Assembly (NCBI GenBank): GCA_963777835.1
Contig: CAVZRK010000006.1
Location: 1,186,155 to 1,250,154 of the forward strand
DNA from: an uncultured Gemmatimonadales bacterium
GTDB lineage: Bacteria; Gemmatimonadota; Gemmatimonadetes; Gemmatimonadales; GWC2-71-9
Direction: 5' to 3'
DNA: 64,000 nt
The position numbers and the translations under genes are program-made. How positions within the stretch are numbered: position 1 is the stretch's first letter; each line of letters starts with the position of its first letter. The notes beneath the pieces are model-generated. The model was given only the letters and a program-made list of their open reading frames with translations. It had not been told where the DNA came from and searched no databases. This document shows, in pieces, positions 51,654-60,487 of this stretch.

Positions 51654-52348
51654 CAAGCGTTCACCCGGGACTTCACCTCGGCCCGCTTTCGGGCCGCGAG
51701 GGGGTACCAACTGAGGAACATCTCGGTGGCGAGCAAGGGGACCACCCACGAGACCCACAGGACAATGGCGGCCCGGTTGACACCGGGGCCGGCAGGCAGC
51801 GGATACTCGACGTACGTGTCGAGGCGGACGAAGACGAATCCGTTCATGAGGACCCAACTGCGCATCATGAACTGCCGGTGCGCCTCGAACCGCCGCCGGA
51901 TGGCCATGAGCAACGCCAGGGCGGTCACGGTGAAGAAGAGAAACGACCAGATAGCGAAGGGTGGCACGCACTCCGGGCAACTGTAGAAGCCGAGGCGAAA
52001 CATGGCGAGGCCGGAGGCGAGCGCACACACGACATAGAACCAACCGACCCCGCGATGAAATTTCGGCCAACGCTGGCGGATCCGGCCGCTGAACTGGATC
52101 GGGGCGACAATCAGGGCAAGGCTCGCGGTCAGGACGTGTGTGGCCAGCATGATCCGCTGGGGCCAGAACCGCCGGTATACGTCCTCAGTCCACTCGAGAT
52201 AACGAAGCGAATCGCGGACGAGGAAGGCAACCCCGAACAGGACAAGGAGCGTGAATCCTCCCCAGATCATGGCCGCCCGGCTCACACCGAGTGCCAGACT
52301 CAGCTGGCTCGGCGACGGGGGCGGCAGTCTAGCGGCGGATTGTGCCAT
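51653..52348 (-). CDS. DUF2306-like integral membrane protein
   Basis: ATG 52346-52348 (MAQSAARL...). About six TM helices with HVLTASLALIVAPIQFS and HRGVGWFYVV blocks reminiscent of DUF2306. Confidence 0.5.
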   Translation of the reverse strand: MAQSAARLPPPSPSQLSLALGVSRAAMIWGGFTLLVLFGVAFLVRDSLRYLEWTEDVYRRFWPQRIMLATHVLTASLALIVAPIQFSGRIRQRWPKFHRGVGWFYVVCALASGLAMFRLGFYSCPECVPPFAIWSFLFFTVTALALLMAIRRRFEAHRQFMMRSWVLMNGFVFVRLDTYVEYPLPAGPGVNRAAIVLWVSWVVPLLATEMFLSWYPLAARKRAEVKSRVNA

Positions 52349-52456
52349 GGCGGCATGTTCCTGTCTGGGGATGAAGGGCATGAAAGGTGCAGAATCTGTG
52401 CCAGTGGCGCCAGCGCCGCGACTCACCTTGAACGGAGCACGGGGGCAAACCCAGCC

Positions 52457-53860
52457 TTGACAGAAACGCCGGGGAGTAATCTCGCGAACTTCGCACGCCG
52501 CTTCCTCGGGGGCGTCGCCGGGACTTCGCTTGCGTTGCTGGCCTACGCCGCCATCCACTTCCAGTCCATCCAGGACCCTCGCGCCCTCTTCTGGTACGGG
52601 GTCGGGATGTGCGGCGTGCTTCTCGGCATCGTCGGGCGAATGCTGCGCCCCCCGGCCGGCATCGGGCTCGCGTTGGCCCTCGTGGCAAGCGCCTCTCTCA
52701 TTCTGGCCACCGAGCTGGTCGTCGAGGGCCTCCAACAGCGCCGCTCACGGCGGGATGCTCTCGCAATCGAGGTGCTCACCGGACGCAAGCGGGATTCACG
52801 CTCCGTCCCCGACGTAGTTCGTGACCTCCGCGCCTCCGGAGTACCTGCCGTCCCGTCAATCGTGCCGCAGGTGATGCTCGATGCCACCGCGCCCGAAACC
52901 CCGCGGAATCGTGCGTTCACCGCCCCGTTCATGCCGCTGGCGGGTGTCTCCCGAGCCGAAACGGTACAACTGTGCAACGAAGACGGCCGATACCACACGT
53001 ACGAGAGCGATCGTCACGGTTTCAATAACCCGAATGCCACCTGGGACGCGTCCGGTCCCAGACTCGTGCTCATCGGCGACTCCTTCACTCACGGGTACTG
53101 CGTCCCTTCGGACAGCACCCTTGCGAGCCAAGTGCGGAAGGTCTGGCCCGCCACCCTCAATCTTGGGACAGGCGGAAGCGGCCCGCTCGCCGAGCTGGCC
53201 ATCCTCACCGAGTACGGCATCGAGGCCAGGCCATCGGTGGTGCTCTGGATCTACTATGAAAACGACCTGCCAGACCTGGCACGCGAGCGGGGCTCCGCCC
53301 AACTGACGCACTACCTCGACCCAGGGCACAGGCAGGACCTCTCCGCCCGCCAGCACGCGATCGACTCGAGCCTTCGTCAGTGGATCGACCTCCGCTACGC
53401 CGAGACCGACGAGCCGAACGGACTCGCTCCACGCGTCAGTCTCCGTGGGCTCGTCACCCTCCGCTCGCTACGGGGACTGCTGGACCAGATCCGCAGCGGG
53501 GAGACTCGCGACCCCCGCGCGCAACTGCCCCTCTTCAGCGATGTGCTGAGGACCGCGAAGAGTCGATCGGAGGCGATGGGCGCCCGTATGGTCTTCGTGT
53601 TTCTGCCGCAGTGGGGCCGCTGCTTTTCCGTAGACCGGCTCCCGTTCGACGCCGCACGACCTGAAGTGCTGGCCGCGGCGAGTGACGCCGGCCTGCCTGT
53701 GATCGACCTGACTCCTGCGTTCGTCGGTCACGAGCGACGGGACCTGTTGTTTGCCCACGGCGACATGGGAGGCGCCCACTACAGCCCCCTCGGCTATCGG
53801 GTGGCTGCCTCCCTGATCCTAGAGGGACTCGACTCGCTGCAACTGCTTCCGGTCGACTGA
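52457..53860 (+). CDS. membrane-anchored SGNH/GDSL-type hydrolase (AlgX/OatA C-terminal-like)
   Basis: Three N-terminal hydrophobic helices, block I LVLIGDSFTHGY (GDS), GTGGSGP (block II Gly) and block V HGDMGGAHYSPLGY (DxxH). The start is uncertain (in-frame TTG 52457, with no ATG nearby). Confidence 0.55.
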   Translation: MTETPGSNLANFARRFLGGVAGTSLALLAYAAIHFQSIQDPRALFWYGVGMCGVLLGIVGRMLRPPAGIGLALALVASASLILATELVVEGLQQRRSRRDALAIEVLTGRKRDSRSVPDVVRDLRASGVPAVPSIVPQVMLDATAPETPRNRAFTAPFMPLAGVSRAETVQLCNEDGRYHTYESDRHGFNNPNATWDASGPRLVLIGDSFTHGYCVPSDSTLASQVRKVWPATLNLGTGGSGPLAELAILTEYGIEARPSVVLWIYYENDLPDLARERGSAQLTHYLDPGHRQDLSARQHAIDSSLRQWIDLRYAETDEPNGLAPRVSLRGLVTLRSLRGLLDQIRSGETRDPRAQLPLFSDVLRTAKSRSEAMGARMVFVFLPQWGRCFSVDRLPFDAARPEVLAAASDAGLPVIDLTPAFVGHERRDLLFAHGDMGGAHYSPLGYRVAASLILEGLDSLQLLPVD

Positions 53861-54172
53861 GATAGGGAGCGGGGCGCAGACGCCACAGATGGGGCGCCCA
53901 TCCGCGATGCCGGAGGGCCCGGTGGCCGGCCGCTCGAGGCCATCGGATGCTCGAGAAGGTCGGTAAGCACCTACAATTCAAATACTTGCGCCCGGATGAT
54001 GCGCCAATCACCGCGGCATCATAACCTTAGTGGGAATTCCTGGTCGTGTGGAACAGGCCAACTACCATCGGCACAGACATTGCTAAGTGGTTGTCCTCCA
54101 TGGCGAAACGCCCCCTCGGCTCACCGGGCGGGCATGTGCGCCGCAGGATCGTCCCTCTACCCCGGTAGGCCA

Positions 54173-55357
54173 ATGTCAGCGCCCAGCCAGATCGCCGCCC
54201 CTGACGGCCGCGAGCTCATCGCCCGAACCCGCCGCATCGCGACCGAGGTGGCCGCGAAGCATGCCGCCGACGTCGACGCCCAGGCCCGCTTCCCGAGCGA
54301 GACGTTCGCCGCCCTCCGCGAGGCGCGGGTGCTCTCCGCTCTCGTCCCCGTCGAACTCGGCGGCTCCGGCGCCTCGATGCGCGACCTCGTCGAGCAGTGC
54401 CTGATCCTCGGGCAGTCCTGCGGCTCGAGCGCCATGGTCCTGGCGATGCACCACATCCAGGTGGCCTGCGTGGTCCGCCACGCCCGCACCTCGCCGTTCT
54501 TCGAGGCGTACCTCCGGGAAATCGCCGACCGCCAGATCCTGATGGCCTCGATCACCTCCGAGGTGGGCGTCGGCGGCGACACCCGCTCGAGCATCTGCGC
54601 CATCGAGCGCGGCAATGGGCGGTTCAAGCTCGTCAAGGACGCCACCACGGTCTCCTACGGCGCCGAGGCGGAGGACCTCCTCGTCACCTGCCGCCGCGCG
54701 GCGGACGCCGCCGCGAGCGACCAGATCCTCGTCCTGATCCGGCCCGGCGACTACAAGCTCACGCTCAAGGGGAAGTGGGACACCCTCGGCATGCGCGGCA
54801 CCTGCAGCCCGCCGTTCGAGGTGGAGGCGGAGGGCCCCGAGGCGCAGATCATCCCCGGCTCCTTCGCGGACTCCTCGGCGCAGTCGATGGTCCCCTACTC
54901 GCACATCCTCTGGTCCGCGCTCTGGACCGGCATCGCGACCGACGCGGTGAACCGCGCCGCGGCGTTCGTTCGCGCCGCCGCCCGCAAGACGCCGGGCACG
55001 ATCCCCCCGACGGCCACCCGGCTCGCGGAAGTGTCGGTCATGCTCCAGGCGATGCGCAGCAACGTCATGGCGGCCGCCGCGGACTTCGACGCCCTGAACG
55101 ACGACCGCGAGGCGCTCAACACGATGGCGTGGGCGCTCCGGTTCAACAACCTGAAGATCGCCTCCTCGGAGGCGGCCCCGCAGATCGTCCATCACGCGCT
55201 GCAGATCATCGGCATCATGGGCTACAAGAACGACAGCCCCTTCAGCGTCGGCCGACACTACCGCGACACCCTCTCCGGCGCGCTGATGGTGGGCAACGAG
55301 CGGATCCTGGCCAAGAGCGCCTCGATGCTGCTGGTGGCCAAGGGCGACCAGGCCTGA
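54173..55357 (+). CDS. acyl-CoA dehydrogenase family protein
   Basis: ATG 54173. ACAD layout: N-terminal helical RFPSETFAALREARVLSALVPVELGGSGAS, middle beta domain TSEVGVGGDTRSS...FKLVKDATTVSYG and a C-terminal helical domain. Confidence 0.8.
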   Translation: MSAPSQIAAPDGRELIARTRRIATEVAAKHAADVDAQARFPSETFAALREARVLSALVPVELGGSGASMRDLVEQCLILGQSCGSSAMVLAMHHIQVACVVRHARTSPFFEAYLREIADRQILMASITSEVGVGGDTRSSICAIERGNGRFKLVKDATTVSYGAEAEDLLVTCRRAADAAASDQILVLIRPGDYKLTLKGKWDTLGMRGTCSPPFEVEAEGPEAQIIPGSFADSSAQSMVPYSHILWSALWTGIATDAVNRAAAFVRAAARKTPGTIPPTATRLAEVSVMLQAMRSNVMAAAADFDALNDDREALNTMAWALRFNNLKIASSEAAPQIVHHALQIIGIMGYKNDSPFSVGRHYRDTLSGALMVGNERILAKSASMLLVAKGDQA

Positions 55358-55362
55358 CGCGC

Positions 55363-56271
55363 ATGACCACCTACGACGCGACCGTGTTCTACGACGACCT
55401 GGTGCGGCATGGACTCGTCGTCCCCGCCGGCCCGCTCGGGGCCTTCGGACGAGGGCCGGTGTTCGAAGATGTGCTCGAGGCGATGGATGCGCTGATCGTC
55501 CGCACCGCCAAAGACGACGGGGTCGAGTCGATGACCTTCCCCCCGGTCATCGACAAGATGATCATCGAGCGCACCGGGTACATGGACTCCTTCCCCACCC
55601 TGTGCGGGGCGATCCACAGCTTCGTCGGGAACGAACGCGAGGCGCGCACCGTGTCACAGCAGATCGCCGAGGGGAAGCCCTGGGGCGGCGCGCTGCAGCA
55701 GACCGACGTCGTGCTCAACCCGGCCGCCTGCTATCCGTTCTACCCGACCTGCACCGGCACCGTCCCCGCCGGGGGCCGACATGTGACGATGCTCGCGTGG
55801 GTCTACCGGCAGGAGCCCTCGCTGGAGCCGACGCGCATGCGCTCCTTCCGGGTGCGGGAGTTCATCCGGATCGGGAATCCGGAAACGGTGGTCGCCTGGC
55901 GCGACCACTGGCTCGCACGCGGGGTGGAACTCCTGGAGTCGCTGGAGCTGCCGGCGAAGGCCGACGTGGCGGCCGACCCGTTCTTCGGCCGGGGCGGGAA
56001 GATCCTCGCCGCCGGCCAGATCGAGCAGAAGCTCAAGTTCGAGGTGCTGATCCCGGTCGTCTCCCTCGAGAACCCGACCGCCTGCTGCTCCTTCAACTAC
56101 CACCAGGACAAGTTCGGCTCGGCGTTCGACATCAAGCTCCCCGGCGGCGAGACGGCCCACTCGGCGTGCCTCGGCTTCGGCCTCGAGCGGGTGGTGATGG
56201 CGCTCTTCAAGACCCACGGATTCGACCCGGGCGCCTGGCCGCCCGGCGTCCGGAAGCGGCTCTGGCCGTGA
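55363..56271 (+). CDS. amino acid--[carrier protein] ligase (truncated class-II, SerRS-like aaRS homolog without tRNA-binding domain)
   Basis: Only 302 aa. Class-II motif 2 FRVREF (aa 162-167), motif 3 GFGLERVVMALF (aa 271-282), and a Cys123/Glu166/Cys269 triad positioned like the zinc site of methanogen-type SerRS. A PPTase and a carrier protein are encoded in the same operon. Confidence 0.7.
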   Translation: MTTYDATVFYDDLVRHGLVVPAGPLGAFGRGPVFEDVLEAMDALIVRTAKDDGVESMTFPPVIDKMIIERTGYMDSFPTLCGAIHSFVGNEREARTVSQQIAEGKPWGGALQQTDVVLNPAACYPFYPTCTGTVPAGGRHVTMLAWVYRQEPSLEPTRMRSFRVREFIRIGNPETVVAWRDHWLARGVELLESLELPAKADVAADPFFGRGGKILAAGQIEQKLKFEVLIPVVSLENPTACCSFNYHQDKFGSAFDIKLPGGETAHSACLGFGLERVVMALFKTHGFDPGAWPPGVRKRLWP

Positions 56272-57278
56272 CCAGGCTGCGCGTGATCCCCGGCCTGGCG
56301 GCCGCGGGGTATCAACGGCACGCCGTGCACGCCCCCGACCGCGACTGGGTCGAGCGGAACTGCTACGTGGACGTCATCATCGAGATGCTCCACGCCCTCG
56401 GACTGGAGCCGCTCGCCGCGCTGGGCGTCGCTGCCGCGATCGACTTCGAGGGCGACAACTTCACCTTCCTGAAGCCGAACCACGAGGATCTCCGCGTCCT
56501 CTTCGGCGTGGATGTCCAGGAGATGAACGTCTGGCTCCCGCTGATCGAGCACGCGCGGCATCACCTTGCCGAGGGGAAGTTCATCAGCACCGAGGCCGAT
56601 TCCTTCTGGCTGCCCGACACGGCCGGGACCGACTATCAGCGCAACCACGTCAAGTCCACTATCGTCCTCGCCGACCTCGACGAGGACGCCAAGCGGCTCG
56701 GCTACTTCCACAACGCAGGCTATTTCGAGCTCGAGGGGGCGGACTTCGACCGGCTCTTCCGCGTCGGTGCGGCGCCCGATCCGACCTTCCTCCCACTCTT
56801 CGCCGAACTGGTGCGGGTGGACCGGGTGGTCCGCCGGCCCCCCGGGGAACTGGCTCAGCTGGCTGCGGCACGACTCGGGGTGTCCCTGGGCCGCCGTCCC
56901 TCGACCAGTCCGGTGCGGCGATTCCAGGCGCGTTTCGAGCAGGACCTTCCGCGCCTGCAGGAGCTCGGCCTCGCGCACTACCACGCCTGGGCGTTCGCGA
57001 CGACCCGGCAACTCGGCGCCGCCGCGGAACTACTGTCCCTGCACCTGCGCTGGCTGGCGGACGCGGGAGGCCATGACGACCTTCGGCCGGCCGCGGACCG
57101 GTTCCAGGAGGTGAGCGGCCTGGCCAAGACCTTCATCCTCAAGGCGGCCCGCGCGGTGAACAGCAGGAAGCCGTTCGACGCGGCCCCCCTCTTCGACGAG
57201 ATGGCCGGCGCCTGGGACGGCGGCATGGCCACCCTCGACCATTGGGCCGCGGCCCAGCCGGCAGGGGCCTCCGCATGA
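56268..57278 (+). CDS. DUF1839 family protein
   Basis: GTG 56268 (GTGA overlap). HAPDRDWVERNCYVDVIIEMLHALGLEP...AIDFEGDNFTFLKPNHEDL...STEADSFWLPDTAGTDYQRNHVKSTIVL...LGYFHNAGYFEL matches my recollection of the DUF1839 signature blocks. Confidence 0.6.
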   Translation: MTRLRVIPGLAAAGYQRHAVHAPDRDWVERNCYVDVIIEMLHALGLEPLAALGVAAAIDFEGDNFTFLKPNHEDLRVLFGVDVQEMNVWLPLIEHARHHLAEGKFISTEADSFWLPDTAGTDYQRNHVKSTIVLADLDEDAKRLGYFHNAGYFELEGADFDRLFRVGAAPDPTFLPLFAELVRVDRVVRRPPGELAQLAAARLGVSLGRRPSTSPVRRFQARFEQDLPRLQELGLAHYHAWAFATTRQLGAAAELLSLHLRWLADAGGHDDLRPAADRFQEVSGLAKTFILKAARAVNSRKPFDAAPLFDEMAGAWDGGMATLDHWAAAQPAGASA

Positions 57279-57679
57279 AGCCGACGGGCACCTGGCGGGT
57301 GGGCATCGACCTGGTGCAGGTGAGCCGGATCGCCGAATCGCTGGAGCAGTTCGGCGACCGCTTCGTGCGGCGCGTCTTCACGGACGGCGAGATCGGCTAC
57401 GCCGCCAGTTCGCCAGCCAGCGCGCCGGAGCGCTTCGCGGCCCGGTTCGCGGCGAAGGAGGCGACGATGAAGGCGCTGGGCCTGGTGGAGGATCCCTGCG
57501 ACTGGCGCCATATTGAGGTCCTCCGCGCGCCCTCCGGCGCCTGCGAGCTGGCGCTCCATGGCAGGGTGCGCGAGGCGGCCACCCGGCTCGGGGCCGAGTC
57601 GTTCGCGCTCAGCCTGAGTCACGAGGGCGATTACGCCACCGCCGTCGTCATCACCACCATCCACGAGACCACGCCCTGA
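57275..57679 (+). CDS. acpS: holo-[acyl-carrier-protein] synthase (AcpS-type 4'-phosphopantetheinyl transferase)
   Basis: ATGA overlap. 134 aa with the VGIDLVQVSRI, FAAKEATMKALG and ALSLSHEGDYA blocks of AcpS. Confidence 0.8.
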   Translation: MKPTGTWRVGIDLVQVSRIAESLEQFGDRFVRRVFTDGEIGYAASSPASAPERFAARFAAKEATMKALGLVEDPCDWRHIEVLRAPSGACELALHGRVREAATRLGAESFALSLSHEGDYATAVVITTIHETTP

Positions 57680-57942
57680 TGACCGATTCGACCACCGCCG
57701 CCCGTACCGACAGCATCCGGCGCATCCTGAAGGAGCATGGGCGGCTGTCCGTGGACGCGGCCGAGCTCGCCGACGACGCCGACCTCTACCAGGCCGGCAT
57801 GACCTCCCACGCCAGCGTGAACGTGATGCTGGCGCTCGAGGGCGAGTTCGACGTGGAGTTCCCCGACCACATGCTCAAGCGCGGCGTGTTCGAGAGCGTC
57901 TCGGCCATCCGCTCCGCCATCGACGAACTCGTCGGGGGCTGA
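57679..57942 (+). CDS. dedicated carrier protein (PP-binding, 87 aa)
   Basis: TGATG overlap. DLYQAGMTSHASVNVMLALEGEFDVEF has an ACP-like helix II, with the candidate phosphopantetheine Ser43 (codon 57805-57807). Confidence 0.75.
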   Translation: MTDSTTAARTDSIRRILKEHGRLSVDAAELADDADLYQAGMTSHASVNVMLALEGEFDVEFPDHMLKRGVFESVSAIRSAIDELVGG

Positions 57943-57949
57943 CGGCATC

Positions 57950-60487
57950 ATGCGCGGCCGGGTGCGCGGGATCTCCGGCCACAGCGCCGAGCGGCTCGGC
58001 GCCCGCTGGGAACTCGCCTCCTGCCCGCCGGGGGCCTTCGACGACCCCACCCGGCTCGACTCCTCCCTCGAATGGATCGCCTGCGCCGGACCGATGACCG
58101 CGGCCGCCGCCCTGCGTGCCGCGGGGCGCTGGAGCCTCGACGGGGCTCCGCGCCGGTTCGACGGCGAGGACTGGTGGTACCGGACGCGGTTCGAGACGGC
58201 GCCAGCCGAGGCGGGCGAGCAGCTCTGGCTCTGCCTCGACGGACTGGCCACCGTCGCGGACGTCTGGCTGAACGGCCAGCGCCTCCTCTCCTCCACGGAC
58301 ATGTTCACCGCGCATGAGCGCCGGGTGGACAGCCTGGTCCGACCCGACAACGAGCTCGTCATCCGCTTTCACTCGCTCGACGCAGCCCTGTCGGCGCGGC
58401 GACCCCGCCCGCGCTGGCGGGCGCCGATGGTGGAGAACCAGCAGCTCCGCTGGTTCAGGACCACGCTTCTGGGCCGGACGCCCGGTTGGTCCCCGCCGGC
58501 GGCCGCCGTCGGCCCGTGGCGGGAGGTGCGCCTCGAGCGGCGGCAGGGTGTCACCGTCAGCGACGTGCGAATCCACACGACGATGGAGGGTGTCCTCGAC
58601 CTCTCCTGCCAGGTGGACGCGATCGATGGCCCTGCCCCGAGGGCCGTTTCGGTCATCCTCGACCGGAACGGGCGGGAACATCGCACGCAGTTGGCGGCCG
58701 GAACCACTGCCGGGCTTTTCCGGGGACGGTTGTCGGTGCCTGCGGCGGCCCAATGGTGGCCGCATACCCACGGCGATCCGGCGCTGTACTCGGCCCGGCT
58801 CGAGATCGCCGTGGGCAAGAGCGCGGTCGCCGTGGACCTCGGTTCGACCGGCTTCCGGACGGTGTCACTGGACTCGACGGACGGGGACTTCGCGGTGAAG
58901 GTGAACGGCGTGCCGGTCTTCTGCCGGGGCGCCTGCTGGACGCCGCTTGACCCTGTCTCGTTCGACAACGAACCAGGAGCGCTCGCACAGGCCTTCGACC
59001 AGGTGGTGGACGCCGGCATGAACATGCTGCGTGTCGGCGGGACGATGGTCTACGAATCCGACTCGTTCCTCGACCAGTGCGACCGCCGCGGGGTCCTGCT
59101 CTGGCAGGACTTCATGTTCGCGAACCTCGACTATCCCGAGGACGACGCCGCGTTCGTCGAGCAGGTGTCCCTCGAGGCCCGCCAGCAGCTGGCCAGGCTC
59201 CAGGGGCGGCCGTCGCTTGCCATCCTCTGCGGCAACAGCGAAGGGGAGCAGCAGGCCGCGATGTGGGGGGCGGAGCGGGCCCGGTGGTCGCCGGCGCTGT
59301 TTCACCAGCACCTGGCCGCCGTGTCCCAGGAGCACGCGCCCGCCACGCCATACTGGCCCTCCTCGGCGCACGGGGGGACTTTTCCGCACCAGGGGAACGC
59401 CGGGTCGACCTCCTATTACGGCGTCGGCGCCTACCTGCGCCCGCTGGAGGACGCCCGGCGCGCCGAGGTGCGATTCGCCTCCGAGTGCCTCGCGTTCGCG
59501 AACATCCCGGAGGAACGCTCCCTCGCGCACCAGCCCGGGGGAGCAGGCATCAAGGTGCATCACCCCGAATGGAAGTCGCGGTCGCCGCGCGACCTCGGCG
59601 CCGGGTGGGACTTCGACGACGTACGCGACCACTACCTGGCGCGGCTCTTCGGCGCGGACCCGGTGGCACTCCGGTATGGGGACCACGAGCGCTACCTGGC
59701 GCTCGGGCGCGTGGTGACCGGCGAGGTGATGGCGCAGACCTTCGGCGAATGGCGGCGCCGGCGCTCGCCGACGCGGGGCGGGCTGGTCTGGTTCCTTCGA
59801 GACCTCTGGCCCGGCGCGGGGTGGGGCGTGGTGGACGCCACCGGCGTGCCGAAGGCGGCGTGGCACTACCTGCGGCGTGCGCTGGCTCCGGTGTCGCTCC
59901 ATCTGTCCGATGAGGGCGGCAACGGCCTCGGCGTGCACCTGGTGAACGACACCGGCGACACGATCACCGGCGAGCTCTCCCTGACCCTGTGGCGCGCCGG
60001 CGAGGTGCGCGTGGGGCACGGGACGATGCCAGTCGCGGTGCCGACCCGGGGCGCGATCGAGCTCAATGCCGGGGAGCTCTTCGAGGAGTTCCGCGACCTT
60101 TCGTACGCCTATCGCTTCGGCCCGCCGGCGCACGACGTGGTAGCCGCCGCCGTCCGGAACGCACAGGGGCAGGAGATTGCGCGAGCCTTTCACTTCACGA
60201 GCGGGTATCCAACCGCACGCGAGCTCGACGTCGGGCTGGCGGCGGAGGTTCGGCCCCTCGGCGGGGGCGACTTCGAACTCTCCGTCAGGACTCGGCGGTT
60301 CGCCCAGTCGGTGCACGTGGACGTCGAGGGGTACGATTGCAGCGACAACTACTTCCACCTGGCACCGGGGGAGAGCAGGTCGCTGCGGCTGACGCCAGGC
60401 AAGGGCGCGGATGCCAGCCGTCCGACGCCCCGCGGATCGGTGCGCGCCTTGAACGCCGAAACGGCCGCCAAGGTGACCAGCGCTTGA
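57950..60487 (+). CDS. glycoside hydrolase family 2-like protein (beta-mannosidase / exo-glucosaminidase-like)
   Basis: 845 aa. N-terminal sugar-binding domain with WWYRTRFE and VWLNG, and a TIM-barrel region FCRGACWTP...GMNMLRVGG...LLWQDFMFAN...ILCGNSEGEQ (acid/base-like NSE). Confidence 0.65.
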   Translation: MRGRVRGISGHSAERLGARWELASCPPGAFDDPTRLDSSLEWIACAGPMTAAAALRAAGRWSLDGAPRRFDGEDWWYRTRFETAPAEAGEQLWLCLDGLATVADVWLNGQRLLSSTDMFTAHERRVDSLVRPDNELVIRFHSLDAALSARRPRPRWRAPMVENQQLRWFRTTLLGRTPGWSPPAAAVGPWREVRLERRQGVTVSDVRIHTTMEGVLDLSCQVDAIDGPAPRAVSVILDRNGREHRTQLAAGTTAGLFRGRLSVPAAAQWWPHTHGDPALYSARLEIAVGKSAVAVDLGSTGFRTVSLDSTDGDFAVKVNGVPVFCRGACWTPLDPVSFDNEPGALAQAFDQVVDAGMNMLRVGGTMVYESDSFLDQCDRRGVLLWQDFMFANLDYPEDDAAFVEQVSLEARQQLARLQGRPSLAILCGNSEGEQQAAMWGAERARWSPALFHQHLAAVSQEHAPATPYWPSSAHGGTFPHQGNAGSTSYYGVGAYLRPLEDARRAEVRFASECLAFANIPEERSLAHQPGGAGIKVHHPEWKSRSPRDLGAGWDFDDVRDHYLARLFGADPVALRYGDHERYLALGRVVTGEVMAQTFGEWRRRRSPTRGGLVWFLRDLWPGAGWGVVDATGVPKAAWHYLRRALAPVSLHLSDEGGNGLGVHLVNDTGDTITGELSLTLWRAGEVRVGHGTMPVAVPTRGAIELNAGELFEEFRDLSYAYRFGPPAHDVVAAAVRNAQGQEIARAFHFTSGYPTARELDVGLAAEVRPLGGGDFELSVRTRRFAQSVHVDVEGYDCSDNYFHLAPGESRSLRLTPGKGADASRPTPRGSVRALNAETAAKVTSA

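Noticed and set aside
52457-52482. TTGACA ... TAATCT as a sigma-70 promoter for the SGNH gene.
   Set aside because: The spacer is only 14 nt, and the TTG of TTGACA is itself the best in-frame start candidate for the gene.
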